Shown in pieces: positions 56,891 through 64,000 of a DNA stretch of 64,000 nt. Position numbers and translations under genes: made by a program. The notes under the pieces are model-generated. The model made no database searches. It worked only from the letters and a program-made list of their open reading frames with translations, and was not told the DNA's origin. The DNA comes from the human T2T-CHM13v2.0 reference genome, Homo sapiens. The stretch's first letter is position 1; the number at the start of each line of letters is the position of its first letter. The DNA lies in the NCBI RefSeq assembly GCF_009914755.1, contig NC_060925.1; one strand, 5' to 3'.

Positions 56891-59348
56891 TGATTTTCCA
56901 TCTTTCCCCCAGTGAGAACCAGAGAGGGAAAAAGGGCAAATCAATACTGTTCCAAGACAGAAAGGGGAGCTAATGGGTCAAAGGGCAATTCTGGACAGTA
57001 TTCCCCAGAGTCTGTTAGGAGTGAATCCCTGGGGGGATCCCTCTTCACTGTAGTTCTGCTTGCCCTTCATGGGTGGAGGCTGGGGGGTGCTGGGTGGGCT
57101 GAACCAGGCCCTGCAGTATTACAAAGCCCCTTTAGGAGCCTCTCATGTGCAAGCCAGTCTTGTTCCCAGATCTCAGAAATTAAGAAGAAAATCTGTCCTT
57201 CCCATTTTGAAGTCAATAGCCTTGTAACTTTGGATCTTTGTCCTCTAACCTCACCCCCATTATCCCCCCAGCCACTCATCCAGAGCCTCCATACTAGCAC
57301 ATCAACATATATGTAATCCATCTTGTCTTTCTCACCAATGCTGCTACTTGTCCTGGCAGGGAGCCCCAGAGATGATTTAGGATGCCCCCCCTTGGAAGGC
57401 AGCCCAGAGTCACGGCAGCCTGTGTGTATGTTGGAGATGGAGAAAAGGGAAGGCTAGGTGATGGGAACTGCAGCTTCCAGGTTGCCTGTGGAGGAATAAG
57501 CCTGGATTCTCACCATCGGTGCCTATGCCCCAGGTTTGGGCTGCTTGAATCCTCTTTGCCAATTTGTTTAAGGCAGCTTGGATTTGACTGTGGTCTAGGC
57601 AGAGAGAGGGGTTTGTCCTGGAGTTCTCTGGCCAAGTGCTCAGCACCGAGGATCCTGGAAGACACAGGGTGATGGAAACATCTCTGTGGTCCACTCTGCA
57701 GCCTTGCTCTTTCCTGGGAGACCCAGCCCTTATATGACCTCAGATCCCCAAGCCATCCCCAGCTCAGGGACACAGCTTGGCTATGAGGCCAGGAGGACAG
57801 GCACAGGCAAGTCCAGAGTCTGTGTCAGGCAAAAGGCCAGGCTGGGCAGTTATCCTGTGGGCACAGAAGGTGAATTATGGCACCAGCACCCATGGAGCAG
57901 ACACAAATCACAGGGCTGTCAGGAACAGGGGAAAGGCAACGCCCGCCATCCTCCCCAGAAGGATTGATGGATTCAGGTCCTGGGTCTGGGTTCAAAATGA
58001 TTGGACTTTATGATGTTTCATTTCCCCAGATGCTCCTGGTGAAAAGCTTGTCACCTAGGACTGTATGTGTGAGTGTGTGCATGTATTTATCACCATACAT
58101 GCCTTGCTGGGACTATGCAGGAGAGTGACTTTCTACAGAGCTCGCTGTATGGTTCTGATTTTATTTTTGTGTGATTGAATTGTGTGAATGTTGTAGGAGT
58201 GTGAATTTTGTGTTAAATAGGACTTGGTGTGGCTCTTCACAAGGATGAAACAAGTTTTGTATGTGGCTATACAAGACTGTGTGTGTCTACTGGAGAATGA
58301 GTTAGAGATCTTGAGTTGGTGTGTCTGGGTGCTGATGTGGCTACAAATCGAGAAAGGGAAAAGAGGAGTGAAAGCAGATTGGGAAGGACAGTTTTGGTTG
58401 CAATGAGTCTGAGGTCTTGGCGGAACATCAAGGGGAGACATCTAGAAAAGTGGGACAGGAGCTCAGGGGACAGTAAAGGGCAGGAGGGCATTGGCTCGGG
58501 CTGCCTTCCAAACCCTTTCAGATGACAATGCCTTGGGGTGGTGGTATTTGGCTGGAATGAGGAAAACACACTCATGTGCACACGTGTGTGCACACACGCT
58601 TACACTCTTCTTTGAAGACTAAAAGGATACATGCTATAATTTCAGCTGGACAGAGCTCAATAGGAAATTTCCAAGGGTTGCTGGATGCGCCCGAGGGTGA
58701 GAGTCAGGGAACTCTTCCTGGCAGTGGTGAATATTCAAGGGAATCTCCTTGGTGCCCTCAGGGAACTTGTTGTCTATACACCTTGCTAGATTGCAGGCTT
58801 CTTGAGGTCAAGGAAGCTGTCTATTGTATGGTATGCTCTGCTGGCCTTCCTAAATGGTGCTTGGCAGACATTAGGCATTTGATAAATATTTGTTGAATGT
58901 ATGAATGAATGACTCCTACAATTAGGGACAGGCTTGGTTCTGAGCTTTGGGCAGGGTTAATGGGTGGGGAGTTGATGAGGAGCCTGGTCTGTTGGAAGCC
59001 CCTGATGCTCTCTGAGCACAGAAATGATATGACCACAATGGGCTCAAGGGCAGTAAGGACACCAATGTGCACAGGAGGGGTAAGAAGGTCAGCCGGGACC
59101 CCGTGCTCATCATGTAGGCATTAGGTTCCAGCTACAGAACCAGTGTTCAGAGAATTGGCAATGCCGTTATGAAGACATGATAGGTTGAAGTGGTGAGTGT
59201 TGGGGGCAATATCTCTGAGTCGTGATGTCAGAGACCTATTGCAAAATAAGGATGGTAATAGCATCTACCTTACAGGGTCACTAAGAAGAGTACACAAAGT
59301 GTCCAAAGAACTTAGTCTAGTGTCAAGAGGTGCTCAGTAAGTAATTAA

Positions 59349-59681
<333 letters not shown>

Positions 59682-59923
59682 ACCAGGTTCTTAACCTAAG
59701 CAATTTACTGTTCCAGTCTCCATCCCAAGGTAATTGTGAATTAATCCTGGTTCTTTCTCATTCCAACAAGAACTCCCAGAGTGCGATACACCAGGGCTAT
59801 GCTCTCTGCAACTCTTTAACTTTCCTGAGCCTCTATTTTTTTTAATCTAGTTAAATGGGGGTAGCCTCCATTTCTTTATCTAGTTAAATAAAAGGGGGTA
59901 GTAACACCCTAAAATGTATTATA

Positions 59924-59967
59924 TTATTTGACCCTCATATCCCCTAGCTGATATGAGGGTCAAATAA
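59924..59967. repeat. Perfect 18-bp inverted repeat with 8-nt loop inside a MIR
   Basis: ttatttgaccctcatatc-ccctagct-gatatgagggtcaaataa. Confidence 0.95.
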
Positions 59968-60287
59968 CACATCTCAGTGTGCTTTAGAAACTGCAAAGGA
60001 CTGTTAACATGTGAGGAATTACTGTTCCTAATATTTTGTTGGAGTTGGGCTCATTCCTGGGCCTGGCATCTGCTTTGACTTTCTCAGTTCCTGTTTCTTG
60101 CCAGTCTCCGTTTTCTCGTAGCCACCCACAATTCTGGCACTGACAGTGTAAGGATATAAGATGATATCCAGGGAGTCTGAATGTAGAAAGAAAAAGAAGG
60201 AAAGTGACAACAGCTAGCAGCCCTCTCTCTTGTTCCCAGGCTTACCACCTTTCCAAGTCAGCAGACCCCAAACCCGGGCACCATCCA

Positions 60288-60856
60288 TGTGCCAGTTAGC
60301 TATTGCTGCATAACAAACCACTCCAAAACTCAGAGACTTAAAACAACCTTTTATTATCCCTCATGGCTCTTGGGGTTGATTCTAATGGGTAGTTCTACCT
60401 TTCGGACCCTTGTAGAATTGTAATCAGAGGGTGGTTGGGGCTGGAGTCCTCTGAAAGCTTGGCTGGACTGGACATTCAAGATGGCTTCTTTCACTCATAT
60501 GGCTGGTGCCTGGGCTGGAATGGCTGGAACAGATCAGGGCTGGCCAGCTCTCTCTCTCTTTTTCTCCATGCAGCCCCTTTATATGGCTTCTTTGGGCTTT
60601 CTCATAGCATAGTGGTCTTGGCATAGTTGGATGTAATGGCAACTAGCTTCTCCCAGAGTGGGCATTCTAGATGACCAAGGTGGACGTTTTATGGCTTCTT
60701 CTGACCTAACCTCAGAAGTCACAAGGCCTCACTTCTAATGCATTGTATTAGTTATACACGGTCAACCCCGATTCAATGTGGGAGGGGAATACACAAGGGC
60801 ATGACTACTGTAAGCCACAGCTCATCGGGGAGCTGTCTTTGGAGACTAGCTAGCAA
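60288..60856 (-). mobile_element. MLT1 (H-like) solo LTR
   Basis: gttagctattgctgcataacaaaccac ... gggaggggaatacacaagggcatga ... ctttggagactagctagca. Confidence 0.75.
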
Positions 60857-61069
60857 GATCCTTGTCTGGTAATTGAAACACTGCTCCATGGTGCCCTCTC
60901 AGAGGCCAGGGTTTGGGAGGGGGGCAAAGCAGGCAGCAGTGAAGCACTGAGCAGCTAGGACTCCTGGCCCCCAACTTCATTTAATATGTATTTATTATTA
61001 ATTATTATTTCATATTTTGAAGTTTTACAAAGAATTTAATGTAAATTGAAAGTCCTGAGGCTCATTTTG

Positions 61070-61855
61070 TCAAAGAGATACAAATGGTAAATAAGAATAT
61101 GAAAATATGCTCAACAACATTAATCATTAGGGAAATGCAAACTAAAACCTCAATGAGATATCACCACACACCTATTAGAATGGCTAAAGGGATAGTAATT
61201 TTTAGAAAACCGATAATATCAAATGTTGTTGAGAATGAGAACCACTAGAAATCACACACATTGATGGTGGGAATGCAAAATGGGGCAGCCGCTTTGGAAA
61301 ACAGTTTGGCAGTTAAACATACACTTACCATATGATCCAACGAGTCCACTCAGATATTTAGAGAAATGAAAAGATACATCCACACAAAGACCTGTACACA
61401 AATGTCCCAGGCAGATGTATTCATAATAGTCCCAAACTGGAAAAAAAAACAAACCGATCCATCAACTCGTGATTGAACAAACCTGTTGTGGTACATCCAT
61501 ACACTATTCCATTTAATACTTCTCAGCAATAAGACAGAATGAACTACTGATACACACATCTGCATGGATGAATAGCAAAGAAACTGAGTCAAAGAAACTG
61601 GATTGAAGGCTGTATACTATACAGATCCGTTACGACAATCTCTGGAAGAGGCAAAAGGGCTGTCACAGAAGGCAGATCAGTGGTTGCAGGGCCTGGCAGT
61701 GGGCTTAGGTACAAAGGGACACAGGAGAACTTGCTGGGATGACAGAAATGCTCTGTGACTTAACTGTGGTGGTAGTTTCGCAAGTGTTCACATTTGTCAA
61801 AATCCGTCAAACTGTCTACCTAAAAAAGGTGAATTTTTCTGAATGTAAATCATAC
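61070..61855 (+). mobile_element. Old L1M 3' end
   Basis: atcattagggaaatgcaaactaaaacc, cacttaccatatgatcc, gaaggcagatcagtggttgc. Confidence 0.85.
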
Positions 61856-62046
61856 AGTCCTGCAGCTAACAGACTTTGAAAATCCAGACTCCTCTTTCTC
61901 CCGCATGTTCCCTTATGCAGAGCAGGGCCTGTCTCTGGCCTCCAGTACTCCTGTGCGCCGCACAGTCCTGCCCTCTACCTTGGAGCCTTTGTGCGCTGCT
62001 TCCTCTTCATGGATTCTTTCCCATCTACTCTTCCCTACTGCTAACT

Positions 62047-62354
62047 CTTTTTTTTTTTTTTTTTAAAGACAAGGTCTGGCTCTGTTGCCCAGTCTGGAGT
62101 GCAGTGGCACGATCATAGCTCACAGTATCACAGTAGCCTCTAACTCCTGGGCTCAAGCAATCTTCCTGCCTCAGTTTCCTAAGTAGCTGGAACTACAGGT
62201 AGGCACAATGATGACCGGCTAATTTATTTTAAATTTTTTGTAGAGACAAGATCTCTCTATGTTTCCCAGGCTGATCTTGAGCTCCTGGCTTCAAACCATC
62301 CTCCTGCCTTGGCCTCCCAAAGTGCTGGGATTACAGGCATGAGCCACTGTGCCC
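62047..62354 (-). mobile_element. AluJ
   Basis: atcatagctcac, gggctcaagcaatc diagnostics. Confidence 0.88.
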
Positions 62355-63042
62355 ACCACTGAACTCTTATTTATCCTTCAGGCTTCAGCTAACTCTCACT
62401 TTCCCAAAGTGGCCTTTTGGCCCTTCCAATCTAAATTAGGTGTCTATTTTTACATGCAGATAACACACTTGCTTTTCCTTTCCTCTATTAGAAGGTAAGC
62501 TGTGTGCAGACAGGGACAATGCTTTGCTCATCTCTGGCACACAATTAGTTCTTAGTTTCATGAATTAATAAACGTGAGAGGGATATCCACATGTTCCTCT
62601 CTAAAGTTCTGTATTGCATGAATTTGTTTATCTACAAGCATGCACTACTTTTTTCATTTTCACTGTTTTAAACCTACTTGTTAAGAATAGAAATAATTCA
62701 AAAGTACATAGAATAAAAGATGAAAGTCTTCCCCATACATGTGTAGAAATCTCACTTCTTTTTAATAGCTATGTAATGTTCCAAAGTATGGTTATACCAT
62801 TTAAAACATTATTTAATCATTAATGGGAGTTTTGGCTTCCCCACCCCCCACCAGTGTTTTAATGTTTTTCTATTTAAAGTACTGCATTATACCTTGGCAC
62901 ATATTATGTGATTGTTGCTGAAGGTTGGATTCTTAGAAAATTCAGCTGTTAGGAAATAGGTCATGTGTATTTTAGATGCGGAGTTCATCTGTCTTATTCC
63001 AAAAAGATGTATGCAAATACCTATTGTCATTGCAGCAAATGA

Positions 63043-63797
<755 letters not shown>

Positions 63798-64000
63798 TAG
63801 CTATTTGTGTGTCTTGTGCTGTGAATTCCTGGTTATACTCTTTGCCCATTTTTATTTTTTGCTTTATTGATTTGTAGTAACTCCTTATGTATGTATGACA
63901 TGGAAATAATTCATTGGAAAGTTATAAATAACGTTTAGGGGTGATGGGTATGCTCATTCTTTATTGTAGTGACGGTTTCACAGGTGTATACTTATGTCAA

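Overview
Primate (very likely human) genomic DNA, repeat-rich, with no intact protein-coding exon. A ~1.4 kb CpG island (~4750-6150) holds the promoter and non-coding first exon of a minus-strand gene. The exon carries a YY1-overlapping 6-codon uORF (MAAGRE*) and ends at a CAG|GTAAGC donor at 5502/5501. From memory the exon and its neighbourhood match SCMH1 (1p34.2); this is not verified. Bases 1-5501 are AT-rich intron 1. The remaining ~58 kb is upstream intergenic DNA. It contains a near full-length old L1PA (14305-22295) with three nested retroinsertions, an RPL36A processed pseudogene with a 16-bp TSD, and ~22 Alus including a human-specific AluYa5. It also contains Tigger2b, MER2, MER3, MER5, MER20, MER63 and ORSL DNA transposons, MaLR/ERVL solo LTRs, and many MIR, L2 and L1M fragments. 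Nearly all ORF-track entries are repeat-derived or chance ORFs. I see no new biological system. The most notable items are: an 85-nt snaR-ancestor (CAS/ASR-like) Pol III retrocopy with full TPRT hallmarks; an Alu containing a zero-spacer ~76-bp palindrome; a short interstitial telomeric array inside a MIR; several templated-insertion repair scars; and candidate CTCF and enhancer motifs. Repeat subfamily calls come from remembered consensus sequences, and boundaries without a TSD or TIR are approximate.
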